Virus record (IMG/VR): IMGVR_UViG_3300031992_002338
Strand: one strand, 5' to 3'
Source of the DNA: a virus
Taxonomy: Duplodnaviria > Caudoviricetes
DNA length: 64,000 bases
This document shows, piece after piece, positions 40,412-49,697 of this stretch. Each line of letters starts with the position of its first letter. The first letter of the stretch is position 1. The position numbers were made by a program, and so were the translations under genes. The notes beneath the pieces were generated by a model. That model saw only the letters and a list, made by a program, of their open reading frames with translations, made no database searches and had not been told where the DNA came from.

Positions 40412-41231
40412 ACTCTACGTTCTGGTAGCTAATAAATAGTTGAATCTTTGAAAAATCGTCACTAGCATAGTCAATTGGGTCTCTGTAAATCTTCATCAAG
40501 TGACATCTAGAATATTTTTCTGTATACATAACCTTACCATCAGCCTCTAAGTGCTTAACTGTAAAATTAAATGAATTAGGTGCGTATTTCAACACTTGAA
40601 GAATTGGATACTTCTGTCCATTGAAATCTGTCACAAAATCATATATACAAACTGATACCATATTCTCATTTGGGTCAAATGAAATTGACCTAACCATAAT
40701 TTCTGGAATGCTGAGTGGGTCTTTTAAGTCAACCAAGAATCTGTTTGCTTGTAGTCTTGAATCGACCGTATTTCTCAAATCCTCAACAAACTTCTTGGTT
40801 AGTTGACAATCATTCTTCTTCTCAACCAATTCATCATTATATTCTTTCTTTACTTGCTTGTAAATATTTTCATAGTTATATTTCTTACCATTCTTCTTCA
40901 TCTCTTCTGCCTCAACGAACTCACAAGCCTTGGTCTGCTTAACTATGGAATCATAGAACCCCTTGTTTTTCTTCTCTTCCACGTTTTTATCATAATAAGT
41001 ATAAATAACCTCTTTTTCTCCGTTTTTAATCTTCTCCAAATCTTTGTTAATGTTTTCTATTTCAGACATAATACCGTCCAATTCTGATTTCATGGAATCA
41101 ATAACTTGTTTTGAAGAATTCCTTCCAATCATTTCACATAATGTTGCATTGAGCATCTTATACTCATTAATCCTCATATTCAAGAGATTCTTTAGATAAC
41201 TACTATCTTTTGCTTTTGTGCTGTTACTCAT
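40395..41231 (-). CDS. Coiled coil plus a divergent tail-tube-like domain
   Basis: C-terminal half aligns by eye with the tail tube 46778..47266 (NRFLV/NRWLL, LSIPE/LGIQE, LEADGKV/LDPTGVV, IDYASDD/LDYSQDD). Confidence 0.55.
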   Translation of the reverse strand: MSNSTKAKDSSYLKNLLNMRINEYKMLNATLCEMIGRNSSKQVIDSMKSELDGIMSEIENINKDLEKIKNGEKEVIYTYYDKNVEEKKNKGFYDSIVKQTKACEFVEAEEMKKNGKKYNYENIYKQVKKEYNDELVEKKNDCQLTKKFVEDLRNTVDSRLQANRFLVDLKDPLSIPEIMVRSISFDPNENMVSVCIYDFVTDFNGQKYPILQVLKYAPNSFNFTVKHLEADGKVMYTEKYSRCHLMKIYRDPIDYASDDFSKIQLFISYQNVEYETSK

Positions 41232-42753
41232 TTTTATTATATTTTTGTTCTGTTATTATCATTTTATACGTTTTAACTCGTTCAAATGTTTTTAATACAA
41301 AAACATTTGTAAGTCTTTCTGCTAAATACCCACCAATCCTATACTGATATTCAGCAGTATCATTAGGGCTAAATGACTTTATATACTTATCTTTATTATC
41401 ATCAATTCTTTTATTAATATCAGTACCAATAATATCTAAATATTCATACATAATTTTTTTGATAAAATTAATATATTCTATAAAATCAGCCTTTTTCATT
41501 ATAAACATATTACAAGGAAAAAATATATTTCCATCGATAAACGATTCAAAAGCTTTATAATATTCTGGTGCTTTCCTTTTCACAATATCACCAACAATAT
41601 CTAAATCTTCTATATTATGACATATTGAATATTGCCTAAAAATATTGTGCTTAAATTTTAATGGCTCACACATTATAACATCACAATCTTTAAACACTTC
41701 GTCAATATGTGGAATATCGTCACCAAAACCGAAATATCTCCTATAATGACAAAATCCTACATAATCTTTTAACTCCATATTATCTGACACATAAAAAAAT
41801 GAAGATAATTCAGACCAAAACTTATCATCTAAACCGTGATATTTTTCATTGATATTTCTAGAATCAATCACTTTATATACTTCATTATTATATATTTGCT
41901 TAAAATCTTTATGAGTACAAATAAATATGTCAAGGTTATTTTTTTCCTCCGCATTCAAAAACTTCAATTTTTCTAGAGTTTTTTCATTATATTTGAAAAA
42001 TTCATCAACCCAGTCATTTTTCTTGAAAAAATCTTTATTTCCGTCTGGGTATCCCCTTTTAATCTTTAAATCTCTATATTCTTCAATTGTTTTTGTTGTA
42101 TAATGCCTTAAGCAAAAATTTTTATAAACTATTGGATTTAAAAAAGGACTTGAAGAATCACAGACATTTCCTTTTGAATCACAGCACTTTAAATTATTAG
42201 TTGGTGTGTGAGGTGTACCATTCCACATTACTTTTTCAAGACCACCCTTAATGATTGATTTAACATGGCAATTTTCAGGAAATTGATAATTTTTTCTAAA
42301 AGTAAATGGATTAATAGGTTTAACAAATCTTTCTAAAACTGGTTTATTTTCATATTTAACAAGACCATTATCCCCATAACATAACCAATTTATATGTATC
42401 ATGTCATAATTTTGATAAATATCGTAGTTCAATAAATCCTTCAAATTTTTTTCTTTTTCAAATAGAATAAACTCATCTATATCAAAAAAGCACATCCAGT
42501 CATATTCATAGCCATGCTTGTCATAACAATCTTGATATGCTGCCACTTGGCATCTTTCTCTATTTCTGTAGTTTATTACCTCAACAGAACCTTGATATAT
42601 ATAGTCACCAATCACAGCTTCAAAATATTCCTCTCCGTCATAATTGTTGTCGTATAAGAATATCTTATCTACACCGATACCCAAATAAAAACCAACATAT
42701 TCCCTAATGTATCTGTTTTCTAATCTACCAATACAGCACAATGCTACTTTCAT
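41224..42753 (-). CDS. Two-domain glycosyltransferase (GT2/GT92-like plus DUF4422-like)
   Basis: FLYDNN, FFDIDEF DxD motif; second domain IFICTHK...VGFCHYRRYF...NMFIMK...GYLAERL. Confidence 0.78.
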   Translation of the reverse strand: MKVALCCIGRLENRYIREYVGFYLGIGVDKIFLYDNNYDGEEYFEAVIGDYIYQGSVEVINYRNRERCQVAAYQDCYDKHGYEYDWMCFFDIDEFILFEKEKNLKDLLNYDIYQNYDMIHINWLCYGDNGLVKYENKPVLERFVKPINPFTFRKNYQFPENCHVKSIIKGGLEKVMWNGTPHTPTNNLKCCDSKGNVCDSSSPFLNPIVYKNFCLRHYTTKTIEEYRDLKIKRGYPDGNKDFFKKNDWVDEFFKYNEKTLEKLKFLNAEEKNNLDIFICTHKDFKQIYNNEVYKVIDSRNINEKYHGLDDKFWSELSSFFYVSDNMELKDYVGFCHYRRYFGFGDDIPHIDEVFKDCDVIMCEPLKFKHNIFRQYSICHNIEDLDIVGDIVKRKAPEYYKAFESFIDGNIFFPCNMFIMKKADFIEYINFIKKIMYEYLDIIGTDINKRIDDNKDKYIKSFSPNDTAEYQYRIGGYLAERLTNVFVLKTFERVKTYKMIITEQKYNKNE

Positions 42754-42804
42754 AATATAATTTCTTTTATAAAAAATAAAAAAAAGTTAAAAAAACAAAA
42801 GATA

Positions 42805-42836
42805 TTTGGGTAATTAAATTACTTTTAATATATTTG
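42805..42836 (+). promoter_or_regulatory. Bacteroidota-type promoter
   Basis: TTTG at 42805-42808, TATATTTG at 42829-42836. Confidence 0.7.
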
Positions 42837-42858
42837 CAAAAATCAATATTTCAAAAAT

Positions 42859-44001
42859 ATGTTCAATAACTACAAAAAGTATTACGACAACTATACCAAA
42901 TACTTACTATCTATGGAGTCACAAATGAATACCGCTGAAATGGAAAGTGGATTTTCAATTGTGGAGACATTTATCATGCATATATATGGTAACAACCTTG
43001 GATATAAGTATAGCGGTAAGTACTCTAAAGCAAAGGATAAAATTGCCTTTGTGGATTCTACAATCAATGGCAACGAACTCTCAAAAGAACTTGACCTTGA
43101 ATATCTAAGTGAATATATGTATAAAGAGTATTCCTATATTGATACTGTTAGGAATATGAAAAATTATGTATTCTTCAACGGAACGGCATACATATTCACA
43201 GACTATGGACTTATAGAAGTCTACGGAAGAGGAAGAGATAGCGCAAACGTTGCTAAAATATTAAGTGTGACACTCTATCTATACAATAGCAAAGATAAAG
43301 ATGAAATAGAAGGATTCTTCAACCAATGCGCTGTTGAAATACCATCAGACAAAAAGCAAAATAACCTTACCATCTGTACAAATGGAAACTATGGAATCAA
43401 AAAAGAAAAGCTTGAAATCAAACCATTCGATTGCGATATAGAGAAAAACTATAATGATGACCTTCCATACGATACGTTAACAAAACTCGTTAACTCAGAA
43501 GAGGAAGAACTGATACTGTTGCATGGAGACCCAGGTACTGGTAAAACCTCTATCATTAAGAAACTCATATACGATAACCCAACCGTTGAGTTTATCTATT
43601 TTGATTTCAATCTTCTTACATCATTCAGTGATGGAAAAATATTTGAATTCCTAAGTGAGCATAAACACCACGTATTGATTATTGAGGACTGTGAAAAGCT
43701 ATTTACAGATAGAAATGATGGTAATAAGTTCCTTAACTCAATACTTAACCTAACAGATGGTATCATCGGAGAGGCTTTCGGTATCAAGTTCATTTGCACA
43801 TTCAACTGTCCGAAGTCAAAGATTGACCAAGCAGTATTGAGAGAGGGTAGACTTTCACTCATATACGAGTTTAAGAAACTTACGCTCGATAAGACAAAGG
43901 AATTGATGCCAACTGCCACAGAAGGTATGACATTGGCTCAGATATACCATACTGAAGATAATGGTAATAAAAAGAAAAGTAATAAAAAAATAGGATTCTA
44001 A
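42859..44001 (+). CDS. AAA+ ATPase
   Basis: GDPGTGKT, LIIEDCE, IDQAVLREGRL (second region of homology). Confidence 0.85.
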   Translation: MFNNYKKYYDNYTKYLLSMESQMNTAEMESGFSIVETFIMHIYGNNLGYKYSGKYSKAKDKIAFVDSTINGNELSKELDLEYLSEYMYKEYSYIDTVRNMKNYVFFNGTAYIFTDYGLIEVYGRGRDSANVAKILSVTLYLYNSKDKDEIEGFFNQCAVEIPSDKKQNNLTICTNGNYGIKKEKLEIKPFDCDIEKNYNDDLPYDTLTKLVNSEEEELILLHGDPGTGKTSIIKKLIYDNPTVEFIYFDFNLLTSFSDGKIFEFLSEHKHHVLIIEDCEKLFTDRNDGNKFLNSILNLTDGIIGEAFGIKFICTFNCPKSKIDQAVLREGRLSLIYEFKKLTLDKTKELMPTATEGMTLAQIYHTEDNGNKKKSNKKIGF

Positions 44002-44020
44002 CAACTAGAATCCTATTTTT
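43986..44020. terminator. Bidirectional terminator overlapping two convergent stop codons
   Basis: AAAAATAGGATTCTA-N5-TAGAATCCTATTTTT. Confidence 0.75.
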
Positions 44021-44528
44021 GTTTTAACTGCTCTTCTAATAACACTTTAACACCACTACAATCTTTATCATAATCTGACTCCCATATCTCTATAAGATTA
44101 ATTCCATTTTCACTGCAATATTCTCTCAACTCATTATCCTTAGTAACTTTTTTCTTTTGGTATTCACTAAGTTTATCATTAGAATATTTATTAGGGTTTC
44201 CATGCCAATAGTCACCTTGAAACTCAATAATCATATTTTTACTAGGAATATATACATCACAATAATGATGGATGTCTTTCAAATAATACTGGGTATCGTA
44301 ATCAATCCCTAACGGTTTAATACAATATTCTATAAATTCTTTTTCTTTTTTAGATGATAAAGAAAATTCTGTTTCTGTTAACATTCTATACATTTTCTCC
44401 CTATTTTTTAGAATAGAATTTTCGCTTCTACCGTTTTGTCTGCATTTTTCAGCGTGTTCTTTAGATTTTGGCACACCTTTAAGTTTAGCCGCTATTTTAC
44501 TATTTCTGCTTTCATCAGAATAATTTTT
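44013..44528 (-). pseudogene. 3' half of the IS-interrupted homing endonuclease (NUMOD3-like plus Vsr/DUF559 nuclease)
   Basis: In frame with 46042..46628 once the IS and one TSD are removed; CDVYIP...IEFQGDYWH. Confidence 0.85.
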
Positions 44529-44562
44529 GGCAATAACATTGCAGTTGGCACAACTATATGTT

Positions 44563-44592
44563 AAATGCAGTCAGAAATGACTGCATTTTTTT
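44563..44592. terminator. Hairpin inside the IS left end
   Basis: AAATGCAGTCA-GAAA-TGACTGCATTT plus T-run. Confidence 0.75.
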
Positions 44593-44642
44593 ACCTATAG
44601 TGATATTTATTATTAAAATAATGAATTAATACGTATTATAAT

Positions 44643-44951
44643 ATGAATAAGAAACTAATTAGATTAACAGAAAGTGACCTTCATAGAATTGTGAAAGAGT
44701 CGGTTAATAGAGTGTTAAAAGAAGGTGAAAGAAGACCATTCTTGAAACAAGCATATGAAAACTTGCTTCAAGCAATGTCTGATTTTGAATATAGTTTAGA
44801 AGGAAGATATGATATGGAAGGCGAAGGAGTCAATAAGATACTGCAATCATTCAAAATGACACAAGAAGCCGTAGATGATTTTGTTAGGCATCCTGACCTT
44901 GGAGGTAGTTATAAAATATGGGATAGACCAACAGAATATCCATTCTTTTAA
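44643..44951 (+). CDS. IS cargo protein with the phage LTESDL...VKESV leader
   Basis: MNKKLIRLTESDLHRIVKESVNRVLKE; GATATTTAT at 44602-44610; stop overlaps the transposase stop. Confidence 0.75.
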   Translation: MNKKLIRLTESDLHRIVKESVNRVLKEGERRPFLKQAYENLLQAMSDFEYSLEGRYDMEGEGVNKILQSFKMTQEAVDDFVRHPDLGGSYKIWDRPTEYPFF

Positions 44952-45934
44952 GCAGCCATCAACCCAACTCTGATTTCAGACCACTTACGAACCAAGCCAA
45001 TGGACTTGTCAAACATATGGGCGAATCGTTCTGATTCGCTCATTTTTCTTGTATTCCAACGATACACTGCCTCGTCAATGTAGTGCTGAAGGTGTTCGTC
45101 AGATACATCGTGATAGCAGCCGACAATCATACGTCTGAAATGACTCCAAAAGCCCTCAATGCTGTTGGTGAATACGTCACCATTGGCATACTCTTCAGCA
45201 CCGTGAGCAACAACAGCATGGGTATAACCCAACTCAGCAAGCCCATTATAGGCTGATAGTTCATCAGTGATGACTCTTGAACTATCAGCAACAAACTGCT
45301 GAATGATAGGCTGCAATGTATCCCTATTCGTGTTCTCCACAACGAATGCGTGAACATAGGTGATGTTCTCAATCTCACCCTTCTCATTCTCAAAGGTGCT
45401 ACGCTCCATCATACCGAAGACTGGTGTCTTGGTCTTCGTGGAACGACCTTGGGTCTTGGGGGTACGCATTGACTTGTGCTTCCATTTCTCCTTGCCACCG
45501 ATGTATACCTCGTCACACTCCACAGTGCCTTCAAATGAATCTGCGTCACTCTGAGGGTAGAGCAGACGCACCTTCTGAAGCATATACCAGGCTGTATTCT
45601 GAGTTACCTCAATGTTCCTTGCAAGTTGATAGGAACTGATACCCTTCTTATGAGAAGAGATAAAATACATAGCCAAGAACCACTTGATGAGTGGCAACTT
45701 GGTATTCTCAAAGATAGTACCAACGAGGCAAGAAAAGTTCTTGTTGCACTCTGTGCAATGGAAACGTCCATTCTTTGACATCTTGCAGTGATGCTTACCG
45801 CAATAAGGGCAAACAACGTCTTGTTCCTTACCAACACCCCAACGACTCTCTATGATGGCTTGCTTGCATTTGTCATCAGAGGTGAAATACGATGTGAGTG
45901 AGATAACGCTGTTGAACTTCTTGAAATTAATCAT
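44948..45934 (-). CDS. IS1595-family DDE transposase
   Basis: CPYC...CTEC zinc ribbon, HTH, ECDEVYIGG, ITDELSAY, NSIEGFWS, YIDEAVYRWN; own -7 element TATCTTTG at 45960-45967. Confidence 0.93.
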   Translation of the reverse strand: MINFKKFNSVISLTSYFTSDDKCKQAIIESRWGVGKEQDVVCPYCGKHHCKMSKNGRFHCTECNKNFSCLVGTIFENTKLPLIKWFLAMYFISSHKKGISSYQLARNIEVTQNTAWYMLQKVRLLYPQSDADSFEGTVECDEVYIGGKEKWKHKSMRTPKTQGRSTKTKTPVFGMMERSTFENEKGEIENITYVHAFVVENTNRDTLQPIIQQFVADSSRVITDELSAYNGLAELGYTHAVVAHGAEEYANGDVFTNSIEGFWSHFRRMIVGCYHDVSDEHLQHYIDEAVYRWNTRKMSESERFAHMFDKSIGLVRKWSEIRVGLMAA

Positions 45935-46041
45935 ATTGCTATTGTTTCTTAAACTATAGCAAAGATATGAAAAAAGTCCAGCGAATGCTGAACTTTCATA
46001 CGTATAAGAGATTATTTTGTGCCAAGTGCGATGTTATTGCC

Positions 46042-46628
46042 TAATTTTTTATCAACTCTTTTATTTTATCTTCCGTATAGGTTTCTTCCCAAGACTTACC
46101 TTTATTCCATTGTATTCTTTCCCCATTTTTATATTGCCTCCTTCTAGTCTCGGCAGAATGTAGTTTTGCTTGTTCATTATGACCCCAATTATTATGTACC
46201 CTAGAATGATGACCACGTATATAATCTGCAAAATGGACACCGCCGTCATATCTTATTTCAGTATATTCTCCGCACCCACATTTACATTTTGGCCTAATAC
46301 CGCCATATTTGTAATCAGTTAGCAATTGCTCTTGAGTAATAGAATCACTATGCTCTTTATACCTAAATATGTGTTTGCATAACCCATTATAGGTCTCAAA
46401 CCTTTTATCGCAATATGGGCATTTATATTCGCCATAATTTTTTTGCTGATTGGTGAATTCGCTAGAATATTTAAAGGTAAAACCATTTACTTGTTTTAAT
46501 TTACCTAAACAACATTTAGATATGTTGCTTTTAGTGGATTCTATAGCATTTGCCGCATCCGTTGCAGAATTGTATACTGCAACTTGTTCTCCATCTTTAA
46601 ACTGTATAATTTGTTTTTTTAACCCCAT
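46042..46628 (-). pseudogene. 5' half of the IS-interrupted homing endonuclease (NUMOD1-like HTH, C2H2 finger, CKCGCG)
   Basis: The TAG stop is created at the IS junction; promoter at 46663-46694. Confidence 0.85.
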
Positions 46629-46777
46629 AAAAAAAAAGATATTTACTTACATATTATTTTTGCAAATATATAAATAAATATCTTAATTTACAAGAAATTG
46701 CTATAATTTCTTTAACTTTTTTGTTTGATTAACCTCTAAATTACTTTAACGAAACGCTGTAACTTGCTGATACTCAA

Positions 46778-47266
46778 TTAGTAGCACAAAATCGCATAAT
46801 CGAAGCGGAGTGTCAAGCTAATGGTGGCGAGGTCATCCTGGCTATAATCCAAATCACCGAAGTCTGCTGCTGTACACATTGTGTTCTTTAGAATCCATTT
46901 AGATACAACTACACCTGTTGGGTCTAGCATTTCAAGCTCAACATCACGTTTATAACCTGCCGCATAACCTTGACGGCCAGTAACGGACTCAGAGTGAAGA
47001 CGTACCCATTCCATTACAGCTTGCGAAGCAGAAGGACCGATTGGGTCTCTCAATGTTACTTGAATCTCATCCCAAGTATAACGTCCTACAACGTATGTCT
47101 CTGTATTCAAGAAAGGTATTGCCTTGCCCTCTTGCTTAATTGTTGGACGCTTTGCGCTCTGACACCACCACTCTTGAATACCTAAATCGGCTGGGAATCT
47201 TAATAGCCATCTATTTTTCCTGAGCGGCTCATAGTTGAGCGGCATTTTCAAAAGTAAATCACTCAT
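46778..47266 (-). CDS. Tail tube protein (T4 gp19-like)
   Basis: EPLRKNRW, GRYTWDEIQVTLRD, LDPTGVVVSKW, GDLDYS; downstream of the sheath. Confidence 0.85.
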   Translation of the reverse strand: MSDLLLKMPLNYEPLRKNRWLLRFPADLGIQEWWCQSAKRPTIKQEGKAIPFLNTETYVVGRYTWDEIQVTLRDPIGPSASQAVMEWVRLHSESVTGRQGYAAGYKRDVELEMLDPTGVVVSKWILKNTMCTAADFGDLDYSQDDLATISLTLRFDYAILCY

Positions 47267-47351
47267 AAATATTAATTTTTTTAATCTAGATTATTATTAT
47301 TTTCTTATTTTTTTAATATAAATATACAAATATTAATTTTTTTAATATTTT

Positions 47352-47383
47352 TTTGGTATTTTAATATATTTTTTATATATTTG
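47352..47383 (+). promoter_or_regulatory. Bacteroidota-type promoter
   Basis: TTTG at 47352-47355, TATATTTG at 47376-47383. Confidence 0.7.
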
Positions 47384-47415
47384 CAAAGTATTTATAATAG
47401 TAAAAGAAACATAAT

Positions 47416-49074
47416 ATGGTGGATAAAAAAGCGAAATTCATTGAAAAGGCAAAAAATAGACATGGGGAAAAATACGACTATTCTAAAGTGGAATATGTTG
47501 ATAGTTTAACAAAAGTATGTATTATCTGCAAAGAACATGGCGAATTCTGGCAAACACCACAAGGTCATGTAAGGGGTCAAGGATGCCCAAAATGTGCAAA
47601 TATAAAAAGGGGTGATACATTTAGGTCTGATGGCGATACATTTATTAAACGTGCCACTATTTTGCATGATGGTAAATACATATACGACAAAGACTCTTAT
47701 GTTAATGCAATGACAAAAGTTCCAATACTTTGCTTAAAACACGGAACATTCTGGATGACTCCAATGAATCACCTACTAGGTCAAGGTTGTCCTAAATGCA
47801 GTGGTAGGGGATTAAACACTGAAGAGGTTATAGAACTGTTTAAGGAGAAACATGGTGATAACTATGATTATTCCAAAGTCGTATTTACTAAAATGCATGA
47901 AAAGGTTTGTATAATCTGCAAAGAACATGGTGAATTCTGGCAAACCCCTAGCAAGCATATTTTAGGTCAAGGATGCCCAAAATGCAGTGGCATTAAAAAA
48001 GCAAAAGAAAGGATGTTAACAACAAATGATTTTATTGAAAAATCTTCGAAAATTCACAACAATAAATACGTTTATGATAAAACAGAATATAAAGGTACAT
48101 ATGAATCGCTTACAATAACTTGCCCCATTCACGGAGATTTTACACAAAGGGCGAATGACCACCTCAATGGTCACGGATGTCCAATATGCGGCAACAATAT
48201 GTCGCTTGCTGAGAAAGAAATTGAAGATTACATTAAATCTTTTGGTGTTAAAACTGAAACTAAAATTAGAGGTATACTAAGCAATAACAAAGAAATTGAT
48301 ATATTAATGCCAGAATTAAACATAGGAATTGAATATAATGGATTAAAATGGCACTCTGATGAATTTAAAGATAAAAATTATCATCTAAATAAAACAGAAG
48401 AATGTAAAAAATTAGGAATACGACTTGTTCACATCTTTGAAGATGAATGGATGAATAAAAAGGAAATTATTAAAAGCATTATACGCAATATAATCGGTAA
48501 AACTGAAAATAAAATATATGCTAGAAAATGCATCATTCAAAATGTTAATGACAATGAAAAAAAAGAATTTTTAGAAAAAAATCATATACAAGGAAATATT
48601 AATTCACAAATAAATTTAGGACTATATCACGATGGTGAACTAGTATCATTAATGTGCATCGGTAAACCTAGAATCAATTTAGGTAGAAAAACATCACTAG
48701 AAGATGAATATGAACTCTTACGTTTTTGTAATAAACTTAATACAAATATTGTTGGTGGTGCAAGTAAACTATTTAAATATTTTATAACAAACTATAGTCC
48801 AACGCTAATAACATCCTACTGCGATTATAGATGGAGCATTGGTAATATGTATGAAGCATTGGGATTTACTTTATCCCATCATTCACAACCAAACTACTAT
48901 TACATAATTGGCAATAATAGAAAAAATAGATTTAAATATAGAAAATCAGAATTGATTAAAGAAGGTTTTGACCCAGAAAAATCAGAAAAAGAAATAATGG
49001 AAGAAAAAGGAATACACCGAATATACGATTGTGGGTCATTGGTATATACATGGAAAAATGAGGGTAGAAATTAA
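47416..49074 (+). CDS. Hef-like putative homing endonuclease (four zinc-ribbon repeats, nuclease, GNAT-like C-terminus)
   Basis: Four HGxKYDYSK...CxxHGxFWQTP...GCPKC repeats; IDI...IEYNGLKWH; IYARKC...HIQG...RFC...RIYDCG. Confidence 0.75.
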   Translation: MVDKKAKFIEKAKNRHGEKYDYSKVEYVDSLTKVCIICKEHGEFWQTPQGHVRGQGCPKCANIKRGDTFRSDGDTFIKRATILHDGKYIYDKDSYVNAMTKVPILCLKHGTFWMTPMNHLLGQGCPKCSGRGLNTEEVIELFKEKHGDNYDYSKVVFTKMHEKVCIICKEHGEFWQTPSKHILGQGCPKCSGIKKAKERMLTTNDFIEKSSKIHNNKYVYDKTEYKGTYESLTITCPIHGDFTQRANDHLNGHGCPICGNNMSLAEKEIEDYIKSFGVKTETKIRGILSNNKEIDILMPELNIGIEYNGLKWHSDEFKDKNYHLNKTEECKKLGIRLVHIFEDEWMNKKEIIKSIIRNIIGKTENKIYARKCIIQNVNDNEKKEFLEKNHIQGNINSQINLGLYHDGELVSLMCIGKPRINLGRKTSLEDEYELLRFCNKLNTNIVGGASKLFKYFITNYSPTLITSYCDYRWSIGNMYEALGFTLSHHSQPNYYYIIGNNRKNRFKYRKSELIKEGFDPEKSEKEIMEEKGIHRIYDCGSLVYTWKNEGRN

Positions 49075-49120
49075 TCTATCCTCATTTGCTATTTCAAATT
49101 ATTTTTTATATATTTGCAAA

Positions 49121-49244
49121 AAATATATTATACTATGTAGATGACTTGAAATGCAATAAACTTAAAATTAGTCTAAGTACAGACCAGTGTATACATTTTT
49201 GGCAAATATTCTTTACTTGGCTAATATTAGGATTTCTACAATAG
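49121..49244 (+). ncRNA. Candidate small structured RNA
   Basis: Full promoter (TTTG 49085-49088, TATATTTG 49109-49116) followed by no ORF; the ends pair (CTATGTAGA 49133-49141 with TCTACAATAG 49235-49244). Confidence 0.3.
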
Positions 49245-49246
49245 CT

Positions 49247-49639
49247 TTATTTCTTATTTCCAGTATCAGTTAATACCTTATCACTCTCTAGGAACACTTT
49301 CTTAAAGAACTCATAAAGTGAACTAGTAGGGTGGTCAGCGTATTTCTTTAAACCCTCAATTGCAGTTTCTCTAATCTTACCGATGATTGGCTCATGTTGG
49401 ATAACCTCTTGGGCGTGCATTGCGATTTCTTCCTCAGAATCGCCTTGACCCATCATCTGCTGTTGCTGTGGTTGAACCATACTTGGGTCTGGCTGTTGTT
49501 CTGCGCCCATTTCTGGAGACATTTCAGCACCCATACTGTCATCCATCATACCATCTTCACCATTGAAAATATAGTCTTCTGTAAGCTGTGCTTTCAAGCT
49601 TTTTAATTCATTTAGAATATTTTTAAAATCTTTTTTCAT
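49247..49639 (-). CDS. Late protein with LxE leader and M/Q-rich linker
   Basis: ILNEL...QLTED; GATATTTAT at about 49663-49671. Confidence 0.65.
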   Translation of the reverse strand: MKKDFKNILNELKSLKAQLTEDYIFNGEDGMMDDSMGAEMSPEMGAEQQPDPSMVQPQQQQMMGQGDSEEEIAMHAQEVIQHEPIIGKIRETAIEGLKKYADHPTSSLYEFFKKVFLESDKVLTDTGNKK

Positions 49640-49697
49640 AATTAATAAACGTTTATTTGTATATAAATATCAAGTAATGTTAAAATATAATAATATA

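Larger units (their letters stand above)
44529..46041 (-). mobile_element. IS1595-family insertion sequence with a cargo gene
   Basis: 25-bp TIRs GGCAATAACATTGCAGTTGGCACAA / GGCAATAACATCGCACTTGGCACAA (2 mismatches); 8-bp TSD TAATTTTT at 44521-44528 and 46042-46049. Confidence 0.93.
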
